A DNA stretch of 64,000 nucleotides from a virus: the IMG/VR virus record IMGVR_UViG_3300045953_000166. One strand, written 5' to 3'. Of the stretch, positions 15,125 through 22,978 are shown in pieces (positions within the stretch are counted from its first letter, which is position 1; every line of letters starts with the position of its first letter). Below the pieces are notes generated by a model. That model did no database searches and was not told where the DNA came from. It was given only the letters and a program-made list of their open reading frames with translations. A program made the translations under genes and the position numbers.

Positions 15125-16854
15125 ACGCACCCGCCGCCGCCACAGCGATCACCAGCATCCCGCTCGAAGACATCGTCGTCGGGCTGAACTACCGCCACCG
15201 CCACGGCAAGGACGAGGACAAGAAGCTCGCCGAGCTCGGCGCGAGCATGAAGCAGCACGGGCAGCTCGAGCCGGTGCTCGTTCGCCCTGCCGCGAAGAAG
15301 GGCGCGTTCGAGCTCGTCTTCGGTGCTCGGCGGTTCCGCGCTGCCAAGGTCGCGAAGCTCGAGGCGCTGCTCGCCACCGTTCGGGAGATCGACGACGACG
15401 AGGTCCTCGAGATCCAGGTCGCAGAGAACAACGGTCGCGAGGACCCTCACCCGCTCGACGAGGCCGAGGGGTTCGCCGAGCTCGTGAGCCGCGGACGCAC
15501 CCCGGCGTCGATCGCCGACAAGCTCGGGCGCGACGTCGGCTACGTCGTGAAGCGGCTCTCGCTCTGCAAGCTTTCGAAGGCCTGCCAGAAGGCGCTCGAC
15601 GACGAGGCGATCTCGTTCGGCGTCGCGTTGCTCCTCGCCCGGCTACCGAACACGAAGCTTCAGGACGAGGCGCTCGCCGACGTGGGCGCCGATCGCTGGG
15701 AGGGCGCGATGTCGGTCGAGGAGGCCCGTGAGCACATCGAGCGGGACTACATGCTGCGCCTCGGCGAGGCGCCGTTCGACACGACCGACGCGACGCTCGT
15801 GCCGAAGGCCGGCGCTTGCTCGGCGTGTCCGAAGCGCACCGGCGCGCAGCGCGAGCTCTTCTCGGACGTGAAGAGCGCCGACCTGTGCACCGATCCGCCC
15901 TGCTTCAAGACGAAGGTGGACGCGCTCTGGCAGATCCGAAAGAAGGAAGCCGAGAAGGGCGGGAAGAAGGTGCTCGAGGGCAAGGCCGCACAAGCGGCGC
16001 TCTCCCACGGTGGCTCACACGTCTCGCTCGACCACGAGGAATGGGTCGGCGAGAAGCACGTGAAGGTGCGAAAGCTCTTCGGGAAGGACCTGCCCGAAAC
16101 GACGCTCGCCCGCGACCACAACGGCAACGTCCTCGAGCTCGTGCCGCGTGCCGACTTTCAAAAGGTGCTGCGCAAGAAGATGCCGAAGCAGGCGCTCGAG
16201 GAAGAGCGTGCTGGAGGCGACGCCTACAGGGCACGCATGAAGCGCGAGGAGAAGAAGCAGAAGATTAGGCGTAAGGCGATCCGCGCCGCGATCGGCGAGG
16301 CGGTCGGGAAGGTGACGAAAGCCCAGATCCCCGAGGTCTTCGACTTGGTCGTTCAGGCCTTCGCGGCGCGCTCGTGGAACGAGGTCCAGCGCGACGTGCT
16401 CGAGCGCCGCGGCATCACGCCGAAGCTCGGCGATATCGAAAAGCAGATCCTCAAGATGGCGAAGGGCCTTAAGAGCGACACCGAGATCGCGGGCCTCGGG
16501 CTCGAGCTCGCGCTGCGCTCGGGCGCGCCGTGGCATTCGTACGGGAACGGCGCCGGCGGCGGGCGTGAGCTCTGGACGGAAGGCTTGAAGCTCGTCGGCG
16601 TGAACTTCGAGAAGCTCGAGCGTGCGGCCCAGGCCGAAGCGAAAGGCGCGAAGGGGAAGCCGAAAGCCGCGCTCGTCCACCTTTACCGCGAGAACGGTAC
16701 GAACGGCACAGCCTGTGGCGGGCGCGCGGGCGCGAAGGACGGCGCCGGTACGGTGAAGACGATGAAGGGCGTCACCTGCGAGAACTGCAAGCGGGTCGGC
16801 CCGAGCGTGCTCGCCTCGGAGGGTCGCGCCAAGCGCTCGATGGGGAAGCGGTGA
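15121..16854 (+). CDS. ParB N-terminal (ParB/Srx) domain protein
   Basis: QLEPVLVRP...FELVFGARRFRAAK...QVAENNGREDPHPLDEAEGF plus HTH IADKLGRDVGYVVKRL. Cys cluster CSACPKRTG...C..PPC. Long Lys/Glu-rich C-terminus. Confidence 0.75.
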   Translation: MNAPAAATAITSIPLEDIVVGLNYRHRHGKDEDKKLAELGASMKQHGQLEPVLVRPAAKKGAFELVFGARRFRAAKVAKLEALLATVREIDDDEVLEIQVAENNGREDPHPLDEAEGFAELVSRGRTPASIADKLGRDVGYVVKRLSLCKLSKACQKALDDEAISFGVALLLARLPNTKLQDEALADVGADRWEGAMSVEEAREHIERDYMLRLGEAPFDTTDATLVPKAGACSACPKRTGAQRELFSDVKSADLCTDPPCFKTKVDALWQIRKKEAEKGGKKVLEGKAAQAALSHGGSHVSLDHEEWVGEKHVKVRKLFGKDLPETTLARDHNGNVLELVPRADFQKVLRKKMPKQALEEERAGGDAYRARMKREEKKQKIRRKAIRAAIGEAVGKVTKAQIPEVFDLVVQAFAARSWNEVQRDVLERRGITPKLGDIEKQILKMAKGLKSDTEIAGLGLELALRSGAPWHSYGNGAGGGRELWTEGLKLVGVNFEKLERAAQAEAKGAKGKPKAALVHLYRENGTNGTACGGRAGAKDGAGTVKTMKGVTCENCKRVGPSVLASEGRAKRSMGKR

Positions 16855-17048
16855 GGGGCAGCCGAAGCGATCCGGGAACGCAAACGGCCGGTCAGGAATG
16901 CCCACGGATGGCTGGCCGTTCCGTGTCTGAACGAAGCGCCGAAAGGCCGCCCCGTACCGCCATGGTGAACAGAGTCTCAGGGCGAGACCCCGTCTCAACG
17001 CCCGCTAGCGCTCGGGGGGTCGGAGTGCCAACATCCGACGCGGGCCCT

Positions 17049-17078
17049 TTGCACGACGCAGGGCGGGTCGCATAGTAT
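17049..17078 (+). promoter_or_regulatory. Candidate sigma70-type promoter for the HicB-like gene
   Basis: TTGCAC (17049-17054), 18-nt spacer, TAGTAT (17073-17078). ATG at 17086 is 7 nt downstream, giving a near-leaderless arrangement. Confidence 0.45.
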
Positions 17079-17454
17079 GGGAAGCATGGGTGCAGGAACG
17101 ATCATCTCGCTGAGCGTCTTGCTCGTGAAGGAAGCGGACCAATGGGTCGCGCGCTGCCTGCAGTACGACGTCGCCGGCCAAGGGGATACCCTCGACGAGG
17201 CGCTCGAGAGTCTCGGACTGTGTCTCACGGGGCACGTGCTGATGAACGTCCGCGACAAGCTCGAGCCACTCGCGGGATTGCCGAACGCACCGCCGCGCGT
17301 GTGGGCGCTTTTCGATCGCGCGTGGAAGGTCGATCGCACCCACCCGTTCCGGATGCCGGCCGAGCTCGACGAGATCCCCGAGGGTCTTCGCGGCTCGATG
17401 CCAGAGCCGTGGCAGTTGCCGCGACCGACGGCGAGCGACGTTCGCATCTACTAG
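17077..17454 (+). CDS. HicB-like (UPF0150 fold) protein
   Basis: ISLSVLLVKEADQWVARCLQYDVAGQGDTLDEALESL matches the HicB antitoxin N-domain pattern. The real start is possibly ATG 17086. Confidence 0.5.
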   Translation: MGSMGAGTIISLSVLLVKEADQWVARCLQYDVAGQGDTLDEALESLGLCLTGHVLMNVRDKLEPLAGLPNAPPRVWALFDRAWKVDRTHPFRMPAELDEIPEGLRGSMPEPWQLPRPTASDVRIY

Positions 17455-17747
17455 TGGACGATGCCCGACGGCGGCGGCGGCGGGCTCGACTGCAGCCCGA
17501 ACGCTTTCATCGGGATGCCGAGCCGGTTGAGCACCGATTCGACGACCTCGATCGGCAACGGCCCGCCCTTGTCTTCGAACACCGCGCGACGCTGCAGCGC
17601 GTGAAAGTTGCGCGCGACCACGGTCAGGCACCGCCGCGTGCCGTCGTTCTTCTGCGCCTGAATGGTGAACGTCTCGCAGTCGAACTCCGCGCAGAGTCGC
17701 CTAACGAAGTCGTTCCCCGGGGGCAGGGGCACAGTCGCGAACGCCAT
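17451..17747 (-). CDS. Hypothetical protein (weak HicA-like C-terminal motif, no catalytic His)
   Basis: 98 aa, last gene of the minus arm. PLPIEVVESVLNRLGIPMKAF is reminiscent of the HicA C-terminus. Its stop shares CTAG with the convergent gene. Confidence 0.45.
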   Translation of the reverse strand: MAFATVPLPPGNDFVRRLCAEFDCETFTIQAQKNDGTRRCLTVVARNFHALQRRAVFEDKGGPLPIEVVESVLNRLGIPMKAFGLQSSPPPPPSGIVH

Positions 17748-17826
17748 CTACCAGGGTTCTACTGAGGGGCCGCCACCTGTCAACGTTCACGGCACCGGCC
17801 GGCTAGTCGGGTAGGAACGCCCCCAA

Positions 17827-18213
17827 TCATCGCGCCGCCTGCGTCTGGTAGCTCCGCACGTAGAAGACGAGGTCCTTGTGCGGGCCTTCCGTCACCCGGC
17901 ACCGCCAGAACGCGCGGGCCGGCACCCCGCCGTCGGGAAGCGGCGGGCGGGCGGCACCGGGCAGCTCCTCGAGCTTCTCGATGCGGGTGCCCGCCGGGAG
18001 CTCAAGCGCTGCGCCGCCATCGGCTGGCCAGACGGCTACGCGAACGCTCCGATCGTCACCCTCACCGAGCTCGAGCGGAAGCGTACGAACCACGCGCTCG
18101 GTGCTCGTGGGGTTCGGCGTTGTCGCGCTCGGCGCGTTCCTTTTCGTATTCCGCTCGCCACGCCCGCACGCGAGCAGGGCGAGCAGCACGGCACCGAATC
18201 CCGTGAACCTCAT
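17827..18213 (-). CDS. Lipoprotein
   Basis: MRFTGFGAVLLALLAC is a signal peptide with lipobox LLAC. Lies downstream of an intrinsic terminator. Confidence 0.65.
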   Translation of the reverse strand: MRFTGFGAVLLALLACGRGERNTKRNAPSATTPNPTSTERVVRTLPLELGEGDDRSVRVAVWPADGGAALELPAGTRIEKLEELPGAARPPLPDGGVPARAFWRCRVTEGPHKDLVFYVRSYQTQAAR

Positions 18214-18226
18214 GATGGGGCGATGG

Positions 18227-18263
18227 AAACACGAAAGCCCCCGACCCGCGAGAGGTCAGGGGC
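18227..18263 (-). terminator. Rho-independent terminator-like hairpin
   Basis: Minus strand GCCCCTGACC-TCTCGCG-GGTCGGGGGC (10-bp stem with one G-U pair) followed by TTTCGTGTTT. Confidence 0.55.
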
Positions 18264-18304
18264 ATCGGCACCGTCAAGGAGGGCGGCGCGTTTCGGTTGT
18301 TCGG

Positions 18305-19009
18305 TCAGTGGTTGGGCTGGTTTCCTGGTTTCACATCGGGGCGTTCGCCGAGCATGACCTTCTCGCGACTCTCACGCTCGACGCGCGCGGCGCGCTGGCT
18401 CTGCAGGGCGCCGATGGCGGACTCGATCTGGTTGATGCGCATGCACAAGGACGAGCGGGGTGCGTTCTGGTCGGCGAAGACCGGGCACGTTACGTCGGCG
18501 GTTGGTGTCGGCGCTGCTGGCGCCTGGGGAGCCTCCTGGCGGCTCACGAACCAACCGCCGGCGCCGATGAGGGCCAGGCCAGCGAAGAAGGCGCCGATCA
18601 CCTTGACCATGCCGTCGGTGGTCCGCCACCACGGTGCCTCCGGGTAGGTGACGGCCGCCGCCTGAGCCTTTTTGAGCGCCTCTCTCTGGTCGGCGAGCTC
18701 GGTCCGAACGCGGACCAACTCCAGCTCTAATGCGGTCGTGGGCTCGCTGTGGGGCCTTGGATTGCTGATAGGCGGCGGGCTGTCTTTTCGTGGCGGGAAG
18801 CGCTTGAGTGTGGCTTCCACGGACGGCATGGGTGCCGACCCGGGCGACGGCCGGAGCACGCCATCAACGCGCGTCGGCTCGTGCGAGGGGGCGCTACGCG
18901 GCGTCTCCTGGTCCTTCCTGGGGTCGGGCCTCGGCGGGGATGGCTTTCCGAGCCCGGCCGCCGCCCGTTGTAGCTCACGGGGGTCGGGGGGCCCGCGACG
19001 GTCGGTCAT
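18305..19009 (-). CDS. Pro-rich single-pass membrane protein with coiled-coil segments
   Basis: ATGA-coupled ATG 19009 (MTDRRGPPD...). TM helix VKVIGAFFAGLALIGAGGWFV. The track ORF extends to 19057. Confidence 0.5.
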   Translation of the reverse strand: MTDRRGPPDPRELQRAAAGLGKPSPPRPDPRKDQETPRSAPSHEPTRVDGVLRPSPGSAPMPSVEATLKRFPPRKDSPPPISNPRPHSEPTTALELELVRVRTELADQREALKKAQAAAVTYPEAPWWRTTDGMVKVIGAFFAGLALIGAGGWFVSRQEAPQAPAAPTPTADVTCPVFADQNAPRSSLCMRINQIESAIGALQSQRAARVERESREKVMLGERPDVKPGNQPNH

Positions 19010-19422
19010 TCGGCGAGCTCCGTCTGGACGGCGCTCAGGAGCTCGGCAAACTTGCACTCCTTGTCGAGCGCCCGAAACCCGTCGCGCCGCCCGAGCTCGG
19101 CGAGGTTCGCGTCGAGGTACGCGGAAAGCAACACGCGCCCCACGTTCCCGAACGTGCGCCCCACCTCGTAAAGAAAATGGGAGCCCGACCCATCCGGCAG
19201 TCGTTCGTCAACTACGAGGCAATGAACGACATGTGAGTCCAGCACACTCCACGCTTCACCGATCGTCGCCGCCGTGAGCGTCCAGAGGCCGGCGGCGCGG
19301 AACTGTCGCTCGAGCGCGACGAGTAGAGTCGGCTCGTCATCGACGAGAAGGAGAATGCCCCGCCTACCGTGGCCGTTCTGATGTGCCCGCTGTCGCTCTC
19401 CGCTCGTCGGCCTGGAGTTCAT
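19006..19422 (-). CDS. Stand-alone response-regulator receiver (CheY-like) domain protein
   Basis: ILLLVDDEP (acidic pair), CLVVDERLPDGSG (phospho-acceptor Asp), VLLSAY (Ser/Thr position), ALDKECK (Lys position). No output domain. Confidence 0.7.
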   Translation of the reverse strand: MNSRPTSGERQRAHQNGHGRRGILLLVDDEPTLLVALERQFRAAGLWTLTAATIGEAWSVLDSHVVHCLVVDERLPDGSGSHFLYEVGRTFGNVGRVLLSAYLDANLAELGRRDGFRALDKECKFAELLSAVQTELAE

Positions 19423-19696
19423 GGATGGTCTTGTCGTGCTGGCTGATGCGGGCCGCGTGTCCGTTGGCGATGCTCGTGAGTTGCTCGACCGCTTTTTTCA
19501 ACTCATCGCTCTTACCCTGGAGGTTCGCGACATCGAGTGACATTTGCTTCACGATGCGCGCGAGCCCAGCGCCGTCGTCTGCGTTGACGTCGACCTGCGC
19601 TTGAATGAACTTCAGCTTCGCGTCCGCCTCGACCGTCCAATTCACGAGGCTCCGGCAAAGGTTCTCGATGCGCTCAAGTCGAGCTTCGTCGCTCAT
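19364..19696 (-). CDS. Coiled-coil protein
   Basis: MSDEARLERIENLCRSL... with GAGGAG upstream of ATG 19696. The track ORF N-terminus is Arg-rich shadow. Confidence 0.5.
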   Translation of the reverse strand: MSDEARLERIENLCRSLVNWTVEADAKLKFIQAQVDVNADDGAGLARIVKQMSLDVANLQGKSDELKKAVEQLTSIANGHAARISQHDKTIHELQADERRATAGTSERPR

Positions 19697-19917
19697 GTCT
19701 CCTCGATCACCGGGACCCGCGGGGCAGGCATCGGCGGCAGTTGCATGGGCTCGCCTTCCGGGCCGGCGTCGGGCTGAGTGTCGGCGTGACGGAGCCATTG
19801 CCGGAGCTCCTCGGCGCAACGCTTCATTGCACGCGCCTCGGCCTCATCCTTCGTGGCGGCGGTGATCAGCCACGAGCCGGCCATGACAGTGAGTTGATCG
19901 AACTCGAACTGCGTCAT
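19693..19917 (-). CDS. Hypothetical protein
   Basis: 74 aa, ATGA coupling at both ends. Confidence 0.5.
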   Translation of the reverse strand: MTQFEFDQLTVMAGSWLITAATKDEAEARAMKRCAEELRQWLRHADTQPDAGPEGEPMQLPPMPAPRVPVIEET

Positions 19918-20726
19918 GAGATGTTCCCCGGCAGGTCTGGCTCGGTGACCTCGTCGTCGTCCGTGGACGCTTCATCATTCGGATCGATCCGCATCTGCTG
20001 GCGCGCAGCCTTGCGCGTAGCGTCGCGGCCGATGTCGAGCGCCTGTTCGAGCGCGAGCACTTCGTCGGCGTTCCACTTTTGCGGCGTAACGAGATCACGA
20101 ATGACTTCGACGGTCGGGATCCAGAGCGCCGGCGCCGGTCGCCCCTGCAGGCGCGCGATGAATTCCTTGTGCAGCGACAGCACTCCGCGGCCATACACTT
20201 CGGGGTCGGCGGTGAAGTAGCCTTTGCGGTGAAGGGCGTTCACGTATCCGGGTGCGTCGCCCTCGAGCAGCTCGGCGAAGGCGTCCACGTAGCGGCCCGA
20301 TGCGACGAAATCGACGTACTGGTAGCAGCCGTCAAAGACGTTGGCGTATGCGCGGAAGCGAGTTTGAAAATGACCGGGCGGGTTCTGGCTCGCCTCTGCG
20401 ACAACGACACCGTTCTTGCCGCTGAGTCTGCCGAAGGGCGAAAACCAAACGACCTTCCCCTGCAAAACCTCGTTGCAGGAATACGTCGTGAACATGCCCT
20501 CGTACTTGGGGCCCGCCTTGATGTTGCCTACGCAGTGATTCTTTGAGTAGGCGAGGAGTTCTTCGCCGCGCCGGCCCGACTCGAGCGTCACCTTCGCGAG
20601 CGCGAGCGCAAGCACTTCAACCGAGGGCGTTGCGCGCAGCACGGTCGCGAGGGCGGCGGACATGGCAGCCGATGCCTCTTCGAATGTGGCCGGCGTATTG
20701 CGGGCTTCAACGTAGGTGGCGAGCAT
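19914..20726 (-). CDS. Peptidoglycan hydrolase, glucosaminidase (FlgJ/LytD-type) family
   Basis: Start MLATYVEARN (ATG 20726 overlaps the upstream TGA). VTLESG (catalytic Glu), NHCVGNIKAG, FRAYANVFDGCYQYVDF, LHRKGYFTADPEVY. Confidence 0.7.
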   Translation of the reverse strand: MLATYVEARNTPATFEEASAAMSAALATVLRATPSVEVLALALAKVTLESGRRGEELLAYSKNHCVGNIKAGPKYEGMFTTYSCNEVLQGKVVWFSPFGRLSGKNGVVVAEASQNPPGHFQTRFRAYANVFDGCYQYVDFVASGRYVDAFAELLEGDAPGYVNALHRKGYFTADPEVYGRGVLSLHKEFIARLQGRPAPALWIPTVEVIRDLVTPQKWNADEVLALEQALDIGRDATRKAARQQMRIDPNDEASTDDDEVTEPDLPGNIS

Positions 20727-20950
20727 CAAGCCCCGCTCGTGTCCGCGACGCTGAAGATCATCCCCGGCTCGATCGCGACCGACTGACCCGGCGTGAGCGA
20801 GCCCGACCGCCGCGCGTCGCCCTTGCGCGGTCCCTGGTAGACGACGGTCAGGACGCATTCCGGCTTGAAGCCGGCGCGCACGACGGCCTCGCTGTAGGAG
20901 AGCGTCCGGCCGTCGACGTCGTGCTCTTTGGCGTTGATCGTGATCTTCAT
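20726..20950 (-). CDS. Multiubiquitin-like beta-grasp protein (74 aa)
   Basis: MKITINAKEHDVDGRTLSYSEAVVRAGFKPECVLTVVYQGPRKGDARRSGSLTPGQSVAIEPGMIFSVADTSGA follows the pattern I recall for prokaryotic multiubiquitin domains (I.vNg....isf.evv.la...tVtY....G.l.pG.sV.i..GMiF.V..T). Coupled on both sides. Confidence 0.5.
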   Translation of the reverse strand: MKITINAKEHDVDGRTLSYSEAVVRAGFKPECVLTVVYQGPRKGDARRSGSLTPGQSVAIEPGMIFSVADTSGA

Positions 20951-21471
20951 TGGCCCCCGAGCTTTCGGTAGGTCTCGAGCCGTTCCGCAATGTCCGGCAG
21001 CGTCCCCTGACACCCGCGACCCCCGAGCACCGCGAACGCGCCCTTCACGTCGCCGCGGCAAGTTGCGAGAGCACTGCGCGCCCGCTTCGTCGCTTCCTTG
21101 GCCTGTGCCGGCAGCGAAGCGGGTCCGTGGAGCGCACGCCACTCCGCATCGCTCAGTCCGTTTCGGTGCATCTGCCAAGCCCCTCGAGCTCGGTATTCGA
21201 GCTTCCCGCCCGGGAGGCGACGAGGATCGCATTCACGTCCTCGGCACTCGCCACGCATGATGCGGAGCGAGTAACGGCTCTCATGGTTACCAAGCGCGAC
21301 CGTGAAGGCCTTCAGCTTCGTGTCGCCGCGTGCCTCGAGCCCCACCAGGCGGTCGACCTCGGTGAGTTGGGCGCGTTTGAGCCACGCGAGCTCGGGCGCG
21401 GTGTCTTCCTTCCAAACAGGAAGGCGGAAGAGCGCCGCGAGCGTGAAGGCGAGAGCGAAGAGCGAATTCAT
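20947..21471 (-). CDS. SLT-like lytic transglycosylase with N-terminal signal/anchor
   Basis: MNSLFALAFTLAALF hydrophobic N-terminus. GNHESRYS (Glu-Ser) and GAWQMH (GLMQ-like) motifs. Confidence 0.45.
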   Translation of the reverse strand: MNSLFALAFTLAALFRLPVWKEDTAPELAWLKRAQLTEVDRLVGLEARGDTKLKAFTVALGNHESRYSLRIMRGECRGRECDPRRLPGGKLEYRARGAWQMHRNGLSDAEWRALHGPASLPAQAKEATKRARSALATCRGDVKGAFAVLGGRGCQGTLPDIAERLETYRKLGGQ

Positions 21472-21875
21472 TGCGTCTTCACCAACCGGTAGCCGCCGCT
21501 CTCAACCCACGAAGGGAGCGGATCGTGGTTCTCGCTCCATGGGTAGTCGGTCGGGTCGAGCACCCAAAGAACACTCCCGAAGTACCCGAAGCCCGGATCG
21601 TGCCGGAAACAAGTCACGCGATCCTCGTCGGATCGCGGCACGCCGCCGTGTGAGCGGCAGCGCTCCTCGAGTTTGACGAGCTCTTCGCGTGTGAAGACAC
21701 GCCGGCAAAGGGCCCGAGTCCGCGCCATCTTCACGGGCTCCTGCTCGCGCGCGATCTCGAACTCCGTGCGCGGCTTCGGCGGCGGCTCGTCCGGCCAGGC
21801 CGACGCGAGCAACCAGCCGAGCGCGACAACGCCGAAGACAACGACGGCGCCACGCTTTGCGAGTGAGTAGTTCAT
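21468..21875 (-). CDS. Membrane-anchored protein (lysis-cassette component, spanin-like position)
   Basis: N-terminal TM helix AVVVFGVVALGWLLASAW. Coupled starts. Confidence 0.45.
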   Translation of the reverse strand: MNYSLAKRGAVVVFGVVALGWLLASAWPDEPPPKPRTEFEIAREQEPVKMARTRALCRRVFTREELVKLEERCRSHGGVPRSDEDRVTCFRHDPGFGYFGSVLWVLDPTDYPWSENHDPLPSWVESGGYRLVKTQ

Positions 21876-22069
21876 GGTTTCTTGAGTCCCGCGTTGTCGA
21901 GCGCACGCTCAGCTACGAGCGCCCGCGTCATCCACGTTCGGTGGTCGCTTCGGAGCAGCCGGTTCTCGGAACGAAGCCGCCGATTCGAGAGCGCGAGGAA
22001 GATCGCCACCGCGGACGGGATCACGACAGCGAGCGTGAGCGCCCAGTTCGGAACGTCCGAGGAGGGCAC
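21872..22069 (-). CDS. Small single-TM protein (holin/antiholin/spanin candidate)
   Basis: WALTLAVVIPSAVAIFLAL TM helix followed by a charged helix. Confidence 0.45.
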   Translation of the reverse strand: MPSSDVPNWALTLAVVIPSAVAIFLALSNRRLRSENRLLRSDHRTWMTRALVAERALDNAGLKKP

Positions 22070-22074
22070 GTTCG

Positions 22075-22269
22075 CTACCGCTTCGTCCGCTTGATTCGCT
22101 CTTTGGCTGCGAGCTTTGCCCCGGCTGCGAGGGCGGTGTTTCGCGCGAGCCGCTCCGCTACGTCGGGCTTTCCGGAGAGTATCGCGCCAAGGACTTTCGC
22201 GATCCCGTCGAGTACGCCGAGCTCGGCAGCCTTTGCGAGCGCTTCACGCGCGACCGTTTCGGCGCTCAC
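22075..22269 (-). CDS. Hypothetical small protein
   Basis: 64 aa, Ala/Lys-rich amphipathic. Start overlaps the upstream stop. Confidence 0.4.
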   Translation of the reverse strand: MSAETVAREALAKAAELGVLDGIAKVLGAILSGKPDVAERLARNTALAAGAKLAAKERIKRTKR

Positions 22270-22763
22270 TGGCCACCTTGGATCTTCTCAGCGCACTCGC
22301 GTTCGCGTTCTTCGATCACACGATTGCACTCGGCTTCGTCATTGCCGCAGGTCGCTGAAAGCGCGCCGTAGTCGAGTGCCTCGCAGCCGGAGGGCTGGGG
22401 CTTCTGAGAGCCTGAGCACGACACGCCGAGCGCGAGCACGCCGAGCAGCATCGCCAGTCGGACAGTCGAGGGCGGCGCGTCTTCGTCTTTGACCTGCGGC
22501 ACTGCGGCCACAGGTTCCCCGTTGCTCGGTGGAGCCTTGTTCGGCGAAACGAACGCACGCACGACGAACGCGCCCGCGAGCGAAACGAAGCCGTAGAGCG
22601 CCGCGAGCTGGTCGAGTGTGAGGTTGAGGCCGAACGCGACGCCGAGCGTCAGCGCCGACTTCACGAGCTCGCCGAGCATCACCGGCTCGCGAGCGAATGC
22701 GGCTGCGATCTTGGACATGGACGTTTCCTTTTCGGTGGTAGACTCGGTGAATGTCTTGGCCAC
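22266..22763 (-). CDS. Holin-like protein with three hydrophobic segments and a Cys-rich C-terminus
   Basis: Hydrophobic segments LGELVKSALTLGVAFGL, LAALYGFVSLAGAFVV and LAMLLGVLALGVSCSG (contains the lipobox-like LGVSC). C-terminal part has 4 further Cys. Confidence 0.45.
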   Translation of the reverse strand: MAKTFTESTTEKETSMSKIAAAFAREPVMLGELVKSALTLGVAFGLNLTLDQLAALYGFVSLAGAFVVRAFVSPNKAPPSNGEPVAAVPQVKDEDAPPSTVRLAMLLGVLALGVSCSGSQKPQPSGCEALDYGALSATCGNDEAECNRVIEERERECAEKIQGGQ

Positions 22764-22969
22764 GAGCGATCATCGAACAGCTTGGTCGCGAGCCCCGCGT
22801 CGGCGACTGGTGGTGCGAGTGCTGCATCGAGGACCTCGAAAGCATCAAAACAGACGAGGACCTCGCGGCGCTCCGCGAATTCAACGAGGACGGCTACACG
22901 GGCCAGCGGTATTGGCCAACTGAGGAAGCCGCGCGAGCCGAGCTCGCAGACGACGGGGCGCACTCGTAG
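22751..22969 (+). CDS. Hypothetical acidic protein on the opposite strand
   Basis: 72 aa, normal composition with high GC3. Occupies the gap between the fibre and lysis modules. Confidence 0.45.
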   Translation: MSWPRAIIEQLGREPRVGDWWCECCIEDLESIKTDEDLAALREFNEDGYTGQRYWPTEEAARAELADDGAHS

Positions 22970-22978
22970 GCGCGCAAG

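Noticed and set aside
15121-16854. ParB-like gene as proof of a plasmid-prophage lifestyle
   Set aside because: No ParA partner or obvious parS repeats were found, and an integrase/excisionase/att set is present. ParB-fold proteins in phages often have other roles.
16855-17048. Terminator or small RNA after the ParB-like gene
   Set aside because: Only a 7-bp stem (AACGGCC/GGCCGTT) with a 24-nt loop and no U-tract. Not convincing.
17451-17747. Calling the 98-aa ORF a HicA toxin
   Set aside because: Only a short C-terminal resemblance. The GSH-type catalytic His motif is missing, and the gene is convergent with the HicB-like gene rather than co-transcribed. It is kept as hypothetical.
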